Below, piece after piece: positions 26,350-41,105 of a DNA stretch of 64,000 nucleotides. The position numbers and the translations under genes were made by a program. The notes under the pieces were generated by a model. That model searched no databases. It was not told where the DNA came from and saw only the letters and a program-made list of their open reading frames with translations. Source of the DNA: Euprymna scolopes (taxonomy: Eukaryota); NCBI GenBank assembly GCA_053919585.1, contig CM132806.1; one strand, written 5' to 3'. The stretch's first letter is position 1; each line of letters begins with the position of its first letter.

Positions 26350-26627
26350 GTTGGTTGGTTGTTTTTCTTTTATGGCATTTATGACACCTTTTTTAGGTTT
26401 TTAATGCCGAATCTAGCGATTTTGAAGAAAAAATTTGAATAGAATATATTTGTTTCTTTTTCAAGTCGGTTTCTGTTTAACCCATAGTTTGGACCCTAAT
26501 AGGTACTACTACTCCGGGTCAGTATGGACCTGGGAGAAATGGCAATTAAAGGGTGGCTCTACATATCCTAAAGTCCGCAAGCGATGGGATAGCCATCGGA
26601 TATAGTTAAATGTCATATCCAGGACCA
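26350..26627. repeat. Interspersed repeat (SINE or LINE-tail-like) of unknown class
   Basis: Distinct, more GC-rich block (ggaccctaataggtactactactccgggtcagtatggacctgggag...tgtcatatccaggac) that I recall as a common cephalopod repeat; not verified. Confidence 0.35.
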
Positions 26628-29426
26628 GAGTACACAGTAAAACAGTTAAGATAACACAAAATGATTTACAATGATAATAAATCAGTTTTTTTAGAAGGCT
26701 TGTCTTTCAGACACTACATTTCTTTTCACTGAACTTTTTGGTCTAATTCTGTGACTAATACTTTGTGTGAACGCGCCTTGTTCGTTTAATATCTCTTTAT
26801 AAATAAAGTGTTTGTTCGTCTTATTTCAGTCACCGTATGGGAATACCAGAAGACATTTGGAGAAAAACTCTTCCGTTACTCAATTTTCCACAATTCTCAC
26901 GCGTATTTATAGAAAGCTAGAACGTAAATAATTCTCATTAAATATTTACTATATTTAATCTAATCTTCAATAGTATCTAAAGCACCTGTCATAGTTTAGG
27001 TAGCATCACCTTTCGTTATTATTTACTTGTCTTTATTTTCTACATATCTTATAATTCTATAATTAACGAAACAGTAAATTCAAATTAATTACTTAAACGC
27101 CTAGAATAATAAGTGCAGAAAAACCTAAATAATAAACGTTCGGCATGCTTGGAGTATCACGATTTTCACATTGGCATTTTATAAAAAAATATCATAATTA
27201 AATTTACTCATCCAAGCGCGGAATAATTGAATATCAGAATTGCGAGTCAACTTAATTCTTAATCGTCTTTAAAGGTGTCCTAAATCATTTTCCGTCTTCC
27301 CTGAATAATAAAATAACATTATATGTATGTAATTGGCCGTAAAGTATAGAATCTTCGTACATTAACAATGAAATTAAAATAATTCAACTTACACATAGAA
27401 ATATCTTAGGTAAAACATTAAATACAATAAACCTAATCGACTCTTGTCCACACAGCAAGCTTCAGTTTATTGTAGACAAAAGATAAAACTACACGTTTTG
27501 CATATAGTTTCATGCATTTAATTGGCTTCTTGCCTCCGCTACACGATCAAATAGTTTGCTTTTTACGCGACTTTAACATCACACGGAAATGACTGTGGTG
27601 TGTTTCAGTTCATAAGAAATTTCTTTCATGAATTTGATAACTGGTATTTATTCATTATAATAAGGATACAATAATTGCATAGCAATTTAGATTTCTACCA
27701 ATCAAAATCTCAGGAAGTATTTTTTGTATGAAACTTTATAACATATTAATGTTATAAAAACTGATTTTTACAGTGGGAAACAATTATAAACTGATAAAAA
27801 TAAACAATGCGATAGTGGCAGTCGAATTTGTTCGTATTCGATTCGTAAAATAACAGTAAAATGAATCGCGTTCTATTTTTATATATACACTGACATGAAT
27901 TGATTAAAACAAGCAATACAATTGCGAAAGAAACAAAAAAATCCACTTTTTTCGTTCACCAAGTTCATAAAATATTATTAAAATATATAAATCATTAAGT
28001 ATGATAAAACTATGAGAAAGGTTTGCTTTGAAATGTAAACCGCATTTCATTTTTACATGTTAAGAATTTTTACATTTTTATACATGATGCTCTTAGTTAC
28101 ATTAAATAAGTTGGAGTAATCAACGAAAACTACTTTCTTTATGTTATCACATATAAATCACTTCAGTAGTCAGAGTTGTTTTGGCAGTGTCGTTCTCCTT
28201 TCTACATAATTAAGGAGACAACAATTTTCATTCATGAACGAAATTTGATATGTACGTAAGATTGATGTTACTATTCTCTTTTTTTAATCGATAAATATAC
28301 AAACAAACAACAAATGATCTCTATTATAAAATAATTATAAATCTATATCACAGAATACATAAAAATTGTATTAAATCTTAATTCGAATGTTGCGCTTCTT
28401 GCCGATGTGGAAGGCGATAATTCATTTGTTGCTTACTGTAATTGTCTATGGTAAATTGGTCTTTCAAGACGCAGTTGGATTTATCGTAGGCATAAGTTCA
28501 CACTACAATATCGATTAATATTGTCCTTGTTTAATCCATGACGTATCCTGGGGAATAGATATGACATGTGCGACAACGGATAGAAATGGTGCAAATGGAC
28601 GCCGGTGGTTGTTACTGCGCCTACCTTCCTGTGCTCAGCTGCTGCTTTATCGCCCAAGGAAAATGTTCCTCCGACACAAATATCCATCCCTTCTCTTCCA
28701 TTTAAGATTCGCTTGATTGTGCTGCCCCCGAAACCCTACCTGCCATGAACTTTCTTATACAGATGACCTTTTCAAAGAAGAGAAGTATTCAATCGAAATC
28801 GCTTAAAGAAGAACAGCAACCAGCTTATCCCATAAATGCAAAGCATTCACTTGTAAAATCATTCCACACATTTGTTGTCTTCGACGCGCCCATGCATCTT
28901 TATTTAAAGCTTTAGACGTCAGTCGATTTCTAACAGTTAATGTTTAAATGAATATTTCTCAGCTAATGCTGTGGATATGATGCAAATATCTGTATTCTTT
29001 TCATGAGACACAACTTATCAGAACTAAGAGACACTCAAATTTATGATTAATGAGTTTTATTGAGCTTTAATTCAATACTGTTTTTTCAGGAAAATATTTA
29101 CACACAGAATAAACGTAAACTGTGTTCCCATTCAAAACAAAACAAACTATATAAAGCGATTGATTTCATCCCTATATTACATTATGAACTTTAAATGAGA
29201 TAGTTTACTCATTTAAAAACTACATGCTAATTATAAATATATTTTTTTCTAGACAAGTAAAAACTTATAATGGATTAATTTCATAAAATCAAAATGAACA
29301 TCTTGAAAATTTTAAGACACAAAATTATATCTTCAAAAAATTAAAAATATTCCATTTGGTGTCCCCCTAATTAAAATATTCTGTAGATCACTGTGGGTTC
29401 ATTTTGACCCGGATTATGAATCCTTC

Positions 29427-29736
29427 TGTATCAGATGTCTTAGTCTAACGCAAAGCCACAACACTTTTTGGTTAAAACGTCAAGCAGAGGTTCGCTAATC
29501 ACAAGTTGAGTTCGCTCGTCACAAGTTGAGTCGAGTAAAGTTCGTTGGTCACAACAAGAAATGCACGTCGACGTTGTCGATTCGCATATTTTAAAATGCT
29601 TCTTCACTCCTCCAAGCGATTCGAGACTTTAAAAGACAACAGCCGCCATCTTGACCTCTTTTTTTCTGTCTTTTAAACTGCTGCCGAGACAGATTCTCGC
29701 CCGTTTCTGAGATAGGTCCTCTCCATATATATCACA
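29427..29736 (-). mobile_element. Solo LTR of the same Gypsy family as 44540-46371
   Basis: TG...CA termini; perfect 5-bp TSD CCTTC (29422-29426 and 29737-29741); reverse-complement homology to 46105-46371. Confidence 0.9.
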
Positions 29737-31374
29737 CCTTCATTAGTAATATATGTATGATTGCGCATACTTTTATTTGTCGGTAGTTTATTTTATTTTG
29801 ACATATAAAATACATCATTTTTATAGAAAATATGTAACGACATAATACTTCTTTTATATTTTACCTCATAATTCATGTTTTACGTTGTAACTTAAATGGA
29901 TGTGTTTTTTTATTTAAACGTCAAATTTTTAATACCTTAGTTCACATAGTTGTTTAAACCAGCAGTTCTAATCGTGAAAATATAGCTTAAACACTTGATT
30001 AGTCCAGACCACCGGAGTTAAAAAATGTGGGCTTAGTCGGTATTCGATGTGTGAATTTCTTTGTAAAGGGAAGGTGCACTAAGTTTATATGGAATCACTA
30101 TTTTAGTACTCTTGGAAACATAAAGGATTCTCTCTCTCGTGAGAGATTTTACTGTATTATTCGAGTGTTTAAAAGCCTTATATTTTTAAACAACGGTCTA
30201 ACAATAATTGTATGAATAACACCTTACATTTCTTCATAAAATATAGTAGTTACTCCCATTTCCTGTCTGTCTCTTTGCTCGTGATTATTCAGCGAATAGG
30301 AATAGACTGCAATCGATAATATATTCAATCATCCCGATCACACTTTGTTCCATGCAAATATCCAATAAACAATATATCTGAATATAGGTGTCATGATTCC
30401 TTGAGAACACTATATTTTAAAGAAACAAGCTAGAGTAAAATTAAATATAGCTGAATATGAGAAGCAGATTACGATCGCTGTACCTATCACAATCATTACA
30501 TCAGAGTCAAGTTCCTACAGAAGACTTTCTTAACGATACTTTACACAGTGCTCTAATTTTACCCTCGGTAGTTAATGCAATCACATTTTACATAACTCCG
30601 ACAATAGCGCCCCTAAAAAGTTTTTAGATTACTTTGAAAACACCTGGATAAAAAAAAAACTTATTTGATCATTAGCATTCCATCCAATGTTTACTTAGAA
30701 ATATTACATAAATGTAATTATGGAGAAAATAATTTAGATTTGTTTTAACTTTTATTCAACCAACGTGTTTGTATTTAGGTTTAATTTTATTAAATAGCAT
30801 ATTGGCATATTGATTTGAAGAAACTCCGTTATTATTTTATAGAGTTTTCGCATATTCAATAAAATTTTAATATATAAGTTTCGTAGATTTCTTGTTTCGA
30901 GTTTCTTTCTTTATCACAAGTATTTATAATTAATTCATCAAATAATTATACGCTGATTAAATCTATATGTGTTAACAAATGTCTTAGTGTTGACTTGTTT
31001 TTATGGTTAATAATACGCATATTAAGAAGGGAATGCCAGTAGTCGTGGATCATTTCATGCGAACATGATTGCGTTCAAAGTTATAAAATTAAAAATGGCA
31101 TTGTTTAATGCCTAAGCATATTTTAATGTTAATTTCACTTTAATATTCTGTGAATAGTTTTATAATTAATATATATTAATATAATATTTTAAGACTGCTT
31201 ATTTTAAATGAAAATAGCTTTATCGATGTTTAATATGTTGATGTTAATGTCGTTCTATTTTATTTCAGATTAGATAAAAAATAATTATATATTTAGGGAT
31301 AGGACAGTCTGTTTATATTCGTTAGTAAACTTAGATTTAATTTGGATGCAATGTGTATGCATACATTGGAGTTC

Positions 31375-31668
31375 TTATCGCCTCCGTTGAGTCTCAAAAT
31401 CAAATGGATACATCCTGTATGATTCGTTGCGTTTAATTATGAGGTAAGAGTTGCACAATCTCCAACAGCACCTATCTTGAATCGACACCCCTTGCTTCCA
31501 GCGACAAGCAGAACCCAAGAAAACTGTAAACAATGCGGAAGTTCATTGGAGAGTACATACAGCACCTTGAATTCCCAAGTAGTCACCAATTATTGCACTG
31601 GCTAGGCTAAACGTTACTTAACTTCGGTTACCTAACGGAATCGATGTGTCACCGTGATTATGCCTTAT
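31375..31668 (-). mobile_element. 5S rRNA-derived SINE (SINE3-like), copy 2; 5S head 31556-31668
   Basis: tacagcacc..ttcccaag..gtcacc..acgttacttaacttcggt aligns to the reverse complement of 5S rRNA. It shares the 5' boundary and the gagag.acatac junction with copy 1. Confidence 0.65.
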
Positions 31669-33272
31669 ATTCAAGTACATAGCGTATGAAAGATTTTTTC
31701 TTATCATCAAAAAGATATTTTCTTGAAAGATCATTTTATATTTATCACAGCATTTTTACCGGACAAATAAAGTAGTCTGATGCTTTGGGTTGTTTATAAT
31801 AAATAGGCGATTGTATTTGATTTTTTCCAACTGTGACGTTAAATTTCTTACACAATGAAGAAAAATAAACAGAGGAATCTGGGGCATGTGCATTCGAGTG
31901 TTGTGTTTTTTCTAAACAGTTCACTTCTTGTATATAAAAAATATGCTTGAGCGGAAATGTAAACCAAGACGTATAGTTAAGTTCGATAACCATTAGATTA
32001 CCTTGCAGCGATCTTTAAAAAGTATTTTTCAACCTTCGAAAAAACAGTTGACAAACAGAGAAATATCCGATGAATCCTCACGAAACAATTCTTTCAAATT
32101 TAATCCCTAAGCAGCATTTTACAAATAAAAGCTAATTAAAAAGATTCCCCCATGTGTGAATATGTTATATATCTAATTTCAAGTTTGTAGATCAAAGATT
32201 TGTTGAGTATGTGGTTAGAAATATTCGTACACACATTCTTATTTTATACACATGTAGATTATTATTATTATAAGCGTTTGCATCTAATAATAATTTCTGG
32301 TACATTTAGTTACATTTGAAAAATATGGTAAGAACTATTTAGCTAATTCTTATAAATATGGTCAAACATTCTAATCATTGATTCAAAACACTAGTAAAAT
32401 GTAGTAACAGTCGTGGAAAATATGTATATTGCCCCATTTTCTAAAGATCTGTTAAGTGAACGTAATGTATGTTCGTGTGTTACAGTGTTTAGACTGCATT
32501 ACTACGGGAAGTGATCGACTCTAGTTATCTGTCTTATTTCGTGGTAAATTCTGATCTTAAAAGTGATTAAAACAGTGGATACTATCTAATATAATCCACT
32601 GCGTAAGACAACAGTGCATAATATTACATGTATCATCAACACTATTTATACTGAACACATTATAACATTTGTAGTATGACGTTGATACTGGCAAAATATA
32701 TATGAATTAGTTACACTGATTATTTCGAAAAACGATTAAAATGTTACCAGAAAAGCCAACACGTCTCATCATTTGTTACTACTAATTCTGATTTTATTTA
32801 TTTTACGTACATGTGCAAGTGTAACATGTGATTTCAATGAAACCGTGGTCATAAACTTATACGTATCTGTTTATTCCGATCATCGGTAGAACATAGTAGA
32901 TTATCTTATGTTATATTACGGATAACATGTATCGACTTATGTCTAGTAGGTGTGATTGATCAGCTCGTCCGCACTTACATGTCGAAACGAATAAACGTAC
33001 GCTTTCGCTCATTAATCAATCACTGCACACTTACCGCTATCGATCATTCATTATCAACGCGAACACAGCGTTCAATCAATATTGTCTTGACTGGTCTTTG
33101 CTCGATATCCAATCTATTGTAGTGTCCGTTCTGTATTCAACATCGCCCACAGCCCAATACATGGGCGCGCTCACCAATGGGCAGTTATTATTTACTTTTG
33201 TTATCATTGGACAATACATTCATTCAGTACCATTTGCTCACTCTAACTCATCGAGATTCGATGACATTTACC

Positions 33273-33342
<70 letters not shown>

Positions 33343-33343
<1 letters not shown>

Positions 33344-34439
33344 TAGCGGACTAGCGGGGGGTACCCGGCGTTGCCTTGGTTTTAAGAGGACTGCGTCGTT
33401 GCGGGGGGCTGAAATGAAAACAAAGTGAAGTCATGACCCTGTTCAAATATTATAAAACCAAACAATGTTAAAACTAATTAAAAAAAATCGTGTAAAAAAC
33501 AACAATTAAAAAAATGAACGTTATGCAATACGAACGGTTCGGTAGTGCCCGGGTGTTTGAAAATTCCCCAAAAAAGTTTGGAGGGGGGCGGCTCTAACTC
33601 GAATCATTGAGGCGAACGCGCAAAAAAAAACCCAACAAACGTGATGAATTAACTAAAGAGTAAATTAGGTCAAATATAAATTCCGCAGTGAATTTTGTTT
33701 TGGTTTCAGTAGTCCATCACACTCGAATCCTAAATGAATGTTTTTGTTTTCTTGGATTCTAATTCAATTTATTTGTTTTAATTTTAATTTAAGTGTAATG
33801 CAAGTGAATTAAAAGTATCGTTGCGTTGTAATATCTCTGTATAAGTAAATGTTGAGTTGAAAGTACTAATAAATAAAGGTCATAAATTTCACGGTAAGAG
33901 TCGTTAAAACAGGAACTAAAATGCGGTTAGTCTCGCAGATTGCGTCTTACACTAACGAAAAAAAAAAAAAAAGAAAACAATAATAGCAATCGCGTTTCCG
34001 CGTTTATTTATTTTTTTATTTCTATTTTAATAAGGAAAAAACAGAATGCATGAATCAGGGAAAAAAGATAACGAAGAATTACAAAAACGGCCTAAGTAAC
34101 CTTGTACGATTCCAAACCGGTGTGTTTCCTCGTACTGTTCCTTGTGAACGCATCCGCTGCGGTGTAAATGGGGTGAGGGGAAAAGAGGAAGCTAATAGAG
34201 AGAAAAGATGTTGCAATTTCCAATAACTCCAAGCTATTTTGGCAGTGGACTCTCGCCGAAAAAAAATATAGGAATGTACCATTGTCGAGGAACTGTAGAG
34301 GTAATAGGCATATAGCAAACCTTTGATAATGTGCTACAGTCTGTATGCATTACATTTCCATGTAATGTCATGATTTTTAATCCTATTAAGGTCAAAGTCG
34401 GTGGGAAAATGAGTTCATTTTATTTATATAGATAGAAGA
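33343..34439 (-). mobile_element. Non-autonomous Helitron
   Basis: Minus strand starts TCTTCTATCTATATAAATAAAATG and ends CTAG after a GC-rich hairpin-like CAAGGCAACGCCGGGTACC. Inserted between A and T in a TA tract. Confidence 0.75.
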
Positions 34440-35980
34440 TATATATATATATATATATTTAAATATATATATAAATATATATATATATAAATATATATAT
34501 ATATTTAAAGGTAAATGAATTAAGCGTATAAAGTCTATATGAAGACGCCATGTCCTATTGATAAATTAAATCACAAAGAAATGGAAGAGGCTTTATGATG
34601 TACTTTACCTTATCCTCCCTCGCGCTCTCTATATACTTTTACGGCGGTACGCGAAACCTAAAACATGTTATGTTGCTGAAGCGTTACAGCACCTCCGGTC
34701 TTAAGTTGGGAAAGTGTAATAGGTGTGTGGAGAACCACTGTAATAAGCGCTGCGGTTGGCGTGTGTCCTCTGCCGACAACCGATGGGATCCGAACCCGAA
34801 ACACAACTGAAACGATAAATAAGAAGATTAAAGCATATTTGGCGGCTGCATAAAAACACGTTTTTTATTCGAAGGCACTGGCATTGTTTTGTTTTTTTAT
34901 CTCGGGTAAGTGAGGATGTCAGCAGCTAAGAAGACGAAAAGAGAATTACAATGGCGACGGCGATCGAGAAGAACTATAACACTGATTGTAAAATATAATT
35001 CTGGATCTGATGCTTTTTTCTTTTCAGCTTTCACTGCTTTCAGAATAAGCTTACGTTTTGTCCTAAAAAACACGAACACAATTTTCGATAACGTTCGCAG
35101 TCAACTCTAACGTATGTACGTTTCTAAAATAGGGATTAATTTTCGAAGAAAAATTTAGAAATCTTTCAAGCTATTTCGGCCGTTATTTCGTCCGGGTCGA
35201 CGATGGTGTGGTGAAGCCGTTTACCGGGGAAAAGTAACGAGCCTGCTACAATTGTATTTAGAGGGAGATGAATGCGACGGACGAGGATGCAAGTGCAGTG
35301 TGTCGGACTATTTTTAGAATTGACATCACGCATATGATTCGGTTGGATTTACTTTTTATATTGTCGTCATCGTAAAATGAATATATTAAAATACGATTCG
35401 GTTGAATGTTCAATGTACATTCGAAATAAATGTGGACATTTGTTCAGCCGTGAATATTTTTAAGATGTATTCATAAACCAGATGTTGTGAAAATGCGCTA
35501 TACTACGGAGAGATTTAAATACCTATCCAAAAGGCGGAATTTGTGAACATTTGTCAAGCTATAGAGAATTTTAATATGTAAGTTTATGTCGAACTCTATG
35601 AAATGTTTTCGTTCTATAGAGAATTTTAAATAGCAATTCTAGTACCGGACTTTGTGATATTGGTTCTCGTCGTGAAAAAATTAAACTACGAATTGTGTCT
35701 GACTTTTAGACGTGCGTTGTTATGTTATAGAAACAATTTAAATTATAATTTTAGCCGGATTTTTTTCTTTTTTTTTAGAATTAACGTTGTATCGTGGGCT
35801 AGTTTCGTCTAGTGGTGTATCGTATACCATTTGCGGTCAAAGCGGTTAATATGAAACGGAACCAAACGGTTTTCACACAAGTGGAACTACATGTTCTCGC
35901 GGGTGCTCCACATCAGCGAATTAGTACTCGATAAAATCGACTGCCACCGTCGTGTATGTGACTACGGGGTCAGGGAGGAA

Positions 35981-36321
35981 TGTAATAACGATGTGAAGAA
36001 CCACACTAATAAGCGCCAACGGTTTGCGTGTGTCCTCTAGAGATACGCTTGCATTCGAATTCAAAACCCATGCGATACGAAAAATGAGAAGATAAATTCA
36101 AAATTAGGCACTGTCCTCATTTGCGAGAGTAGTATGAAAAGGAAGTTTAGATCAGAGGTCAGTGAAATCTTTATCACCGCACGTTCAGATATTATCAGCT
36201 GGATTTACTGTGTTTTCGTTGGTTTTTTTTTTTTGCTTGTTTTAAATTATCTACAAAGAAAACGTAAATTTTACAATCTTTGTTTTTGTTTTTCTTCTCG
36301 TCCCTCTCTGACGTTGTTACA
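35981..36321 (+). repeat. LTR-like repeat; diverged direct copy at ~34715-35120
   Basis: TGTAATAACG...CGTTGTTACA terminal inverted repeat, purine tract GGGAGGAA immediately upstream, and ~130 bp homologous to 34715-34830. Confidence 0.5.
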
Positions 36322-36499
36322 TTACATTCTGGGGCTATGTTGCCCATTGTCATGCATTAAATAATTGAAGCAATTTTAGATTATTTACAGCTGCCTTGTA
36401 TCAGATTTGACTTAAGCAGTTGGCAGGAAGCTTTTGAAAATATACGTGTCCATCTACCAAAGCTTAAGCGTCTTAATCAGAGGTTTGAATTATAGGCAG

Positions 36500-39025
36500 A
36501 ACGGGATATGAGTTAACTAGCGGTCTGGGCTCCGCTAGGGGTATAGTGTCTAGCCGGGCTCTGTCTGTCAAACTATGGATCCGTCCCTGACAGCCGCAGC
36601 ACGCCAGGGAATTTTTCACCGGTTTGTCACCTGAAGCGTTATCTCGATTAATTTTGCTATGCAGTCGATTAGGTAATCCAACTATTGGAGTGGTTTAGTA
36701 TGGTGGCATAGAATCGCCAGCGATCTAGCAGTAAAACAAAGAACGAGACCATAAACTACAAGCCCACCCGCAGTAATGTAGAGATTCAGCATGTAGGAAT
36801 GTATGAGACCAGCTAGGTAGATGAACTTCCAAAAGCAGGAGCCCACCTACCTAGATCTATTGTCGATGAAGGCAGGCTGTATCGACCGGGAGGGAGCACG
36901 GAAACAGGTCTTAGAACAGAGGCCTTACTGCAAACGCAGTTTAGAAGAAGATGAAGACCTTGAAGTTTCGGCGACAACAAGAGATTCACGTCAAAGAAAG
37001 ACAGTAGGACAGTTTTGTCAGCACACCCAGGAGAGTATGACGAGCGTTCCTCTGCCTGTGTCCTCAATAAGCGAGTGACCATCCCTCCCATTGCCACAAT
37101 AGCTATACTGCCATTAGACAGTATTAGTTGTGGCTGTCCTCAGTCAAATCCGTGGATGACAGAAACTTCGGCATTTCCCAAATACAATCGAGGCAAAGAC
37201 GGAAACAGCTTAGGGGCGCCAGTCTTAGTTGATATCGAGAACATTTTGTTTGTATGAAAATTCCTTAAAACTGTCCCGGGATCGATAGATATCCCGCTAA
37301 AAAAAAAAATCGTTGGTGACAATTGATAGTAAGAAAAAGGGCTGACCGGGGTCACCCAAATAATAATAACAGACCTTCTGGGGCAGCTGACGTTTCAACT
37401 AAATATATGTATATAACGCGGAGAAGCTACGCAATGTTGGACTTGCTACTCTCCTAAAAAAGAAGATGCAATAAAGATAGAGAAGTCTAATTGAGGAGAA
37501 ACAATACAGCCAGAGTATTCGTCTTGAAGGCGTTACAAAAGTGTCAATCTTCGGCGTCTGCTATTACATAGGATACAAACAGCTAGGAGCAGTGATGTAG
37601 CTGTGCGAGGACGCCAAATCCATAATCCTGATCTACGGTCCCAGTAACCTAATTATAGTTTTTATCAGTTTATAAGGAGTTTAGAATAGGCTGGGTTTTA
37701 CGTCATTCTAGCCCTGCTCAGGTACACGACATAGACAATATCGATAATTTTAGAGGGCGGAAAGCTGCATTACTGGCATTTTCAGCAGCCAGGGCATATA
37801 GGGCTGAAAGCCGGATTGCTGGTATTCTGAGCTGCCGGGGTATATAACAAAGCCGTGCCCTAAGAGGCAGATGGTCACAGCTGCCACGATTTGAAAAGAG
37901 CCTGCCACTCTAGAACCGGCAGCTCCTTCTACACAATCAGCGGCCAGAAATAGCTGGAGCACACTAGCGAGAAAAACAAAAACTCTAGGAATTCTATCAC
38001 TGCCACAGCAGAGAAAAAATGAAACAATCCCCATGTGAAATTAAGTGTGCAGCCTCTTACACTGTTGAACAGTACCAAACTAACCACGTTGAATAAGACG
38101 TGCTGCCAACACAAAAACAAACATAAAGATGTATCTTCCTGATACCTACTCATTATCCCCACAAGATTTGGAAGAGGAGTACGCAATCAGCGGAGAGTGG
38201 ATGTGTACAGATGGTCTCGGCGAGAAATCGAGACATGAAAAACCAAAAAAATAAAAAAGAAATAGCCATTTTTCCTACTGAGACTCCTTAACCCCACTAC
38301 CCATCCAATACAAACTGAACAGATTCTGCCCCCTGTTTTACTCCACAGACTCGTCTTGCTCTCCGTCCCAAAAAAAGAGAAGAGCCAGGAGTGTATGTCT
38401 GCATCTCCTTCTTTGTTATTAAGAAGTAAAAGAACACGTAAGACATTGGACAATATCGTCGAGATTGAACCTTACTTTTCGGAAACGAGTCTGACGGCAA
38501 ATAAAACTGATACGATCTCTGAAGCTTATGATTTTGGTCCGATGTCTTGAGATAGACCAACAGAATAACTTTCTCTTCCTCATAACATTCGTGCGGCAAC
38601 AAATGAGAAGCCGGGCAAAAGTCATGTTGGATATGATAGAGATTACAAAGTGGGCGATCCCGGGGCTTAAACTCGTGGAAGGGGAGCACGACTCGCTCCG
38701 ACAGTTATGGGAAAATGTGAAGGAATTTAACTTTCTCATTAGATGTCTTCTTACGTGCGAACTGCAAATCGGCACTATCGGCGAATCGTCGGCATCCTTG
38801 CGCCTGAGAATTTCGACTCAGTAATTGACACTGACTAAAGCAATGGACATACCCTGTAATCTGGGAAGTTTAAATGCTAGGGTCACGTGATTCTGAAACA
38901 AAGTTGATCGTGTGTTAAGGGCCCTCTTGTTCCTAAGTAGAGATTTGTTTGCTCTACAGGAAACCCACTATGATTCAATCAACGATCATCATGTGTTTTC
39001 AGGGCATTCTGATATATGTATTTTG
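36500..39025 (+). mobile_element. L1/Tx1-like LINE 5' portion (degraded ORF1 and start of ORF2 endonuclease), 3'-truncated
   Basis: Relatively GC-rich block. Degenerate zinc knuckle CWYSELPGYITKPCP near 37815-37860. ORF2 start MDIPCNLGSLNAR...DLFALQETH at 38844-38970. Confidence 0.6.
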
Positions 39026-41105
39026 AAGACCATTTCCTTTAACTGCCCAGGCTCCACCTCCAGGAATTCAACAGCTATTTGACCGGTTTATTGATGGCAG
39101 GCTAAATGAATAGTAACAGATGAAAGTCACGTAATTAAACTAAAACGGACACATTGTTAGGCAGTGTATTGGCGTCCATGTTTTGGATACGAATTATATG
39201 TATCTCATGAATTGCATGAGGACGGAAAAAAGCATCAATAGCAGATGTTATATAGCATTAATGCTTTGTATTAAGGAGGAAAGAACTAAAGACTGAATAA
39301 AAAGAAGTGCATTTTAACTAACACAATACACCGTGTCAAAAGAATATCACAGAAATACTAAAATTCCAAAAATAAATATTGATTGCTTCTGTCACAATCT
39401 TCACTTCACCTCACTTTCATCTACTGCTGTATCTTTTTTTTTTTTTGCAGAATTCTCAGGTAGAACCAGTATGTTGCAACAATGATTAAATGATGGCGAA
39501 CTCTGTAGTGTATTTTGAGAATAGAAGAGTTCTAAGAAAAATCATTGAATTGTTGTTGCATGGCCATCGAAGAAAATAATGAAGTTGAATATTGTTGATT
39601 ATTAATCTTTTGAACTCAATTCGAAAAATTTTGCCGTAGTGTTTTTAAGGTAAATATGATTCTTTTTATTTGAAAACATGATCCCCACCTAATGGAAATG
39701 AATCATGTGATAAACAGGTTTATTTATTGCTGCGACACTCGGTTGTCTTATGCGTTAAGGAAAAAGCGATATACAAAACTTCTTGGTTTAGAATAACCAC
39801 GCTAGTAAATAGCATGAATTTGAACCACCAAAAACACATTTTTCTTATGGTGTTTAATTCGAATATTAAATAGTAAAGTTACATTGTATATTAAAAGTAT
39901 ATTTGATAAGGCAAGCTTTTTGGATTTTATTTTCATAAAATTATATCTTTATAGAATAGATAACGGGTGTTATGTCGATTTCTGGTTAATTAGTGTATAT
40001 TACATTTTATAGTTGGATACAAACCGAATACAGCAAAAACTACTCTAAGTATATTCTGATAAATGTCCGTAAGTCATCAATAGTCGCATCAGTGTATGCA
40101 ATCACACAATAAGAGAAAGCAATTATATACCTTATTTAATATAAATTAGTACGGTTTCACCAAAGAGTAAGTCTAAGAAAAATAGGTATTTCTGTTAAAA
40201 ATATGAAAATATGTTTGAAATCTTTCAGAATTATTATGAAAACTACTTGTATTAGCAATAAACCATGGTGAAAGGAGTTTCTCGAACGAAAATATAAATT
40301 TCGTGCATCTGTTATTTTCTCCTGTTCTATAGCGAAACAGTCGGCGTTAAAGCAATTAATCAATATGTATCGTGTAGTGGCAATGTTTGGGTAACTTGAG
40401 AATTCTTCTACTTCTTTTCTTCCGATCACTCAGCGCTTTGTTTGACCACTCAAGTACTGTCCAGCAAATATTGATCTGTTTTTTACAGTGTCAATGCGGG
40501 ACCGTTTCAACCTCTCTGACGCATGTTAAAATCATTGACTATTGACTAATGTCAACATGTAAATGATAGCATAGCGGCCAAACTAATGTAATGGGATAAA
40601 CGTAGAAATAGAAAGACAGTATCGACCTGAAGTATAAGGACATCAGCTCTATAAAGTTACATGCTGTTTATATTTATACCACAAAGTTGTGCATATTTAT
40701 ATAATTTATTAAGATGAATAATATGCAAATAAAATATGTGGACGTTATGTAATATATTGTACATACATATATTTCTTTCTTCGTCGAACATTAACAATAT
40801 TAATTTCTCATGATGAAAATTACATCAGTAAAGTTTCAATCTCTATTTCCTCATTGGCATACACACATGGAAAGAGATTTGTATACACACACGCACACAC
40901 ATACACACACACACACACATATATATATATGCATTGAAACTTGAGATTTTGAAGAAGTTAATCTTAAAATACAGAATAGTTTATTGCTTGAAAACAAAAG
41001 AAAAACACAATTGTATAAAACTATTTCCTTAGCACATGTATTTTCGATGCTAATTCATCTTCTCAGAGGAAAATATTAACAAATGGTTTTATTGTGTTGC
41101 ACCTG

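Noticed and set aside
28400-28960. GC-richer block with a 68-aa ORF
   Set aside because: No recognisable domain or splice structure.
31556-31668. Functional 5S rRNA gene (also 43531-43643)
   Set aside because: Too many substitutions, no tandem array, and followed by a shared non-5S body.
40250-40520. Second Dong-like fragment (VLEWSNKAL on minus strand)
   Set aside because: One short motif in very degraded sequence; noted but not supported.
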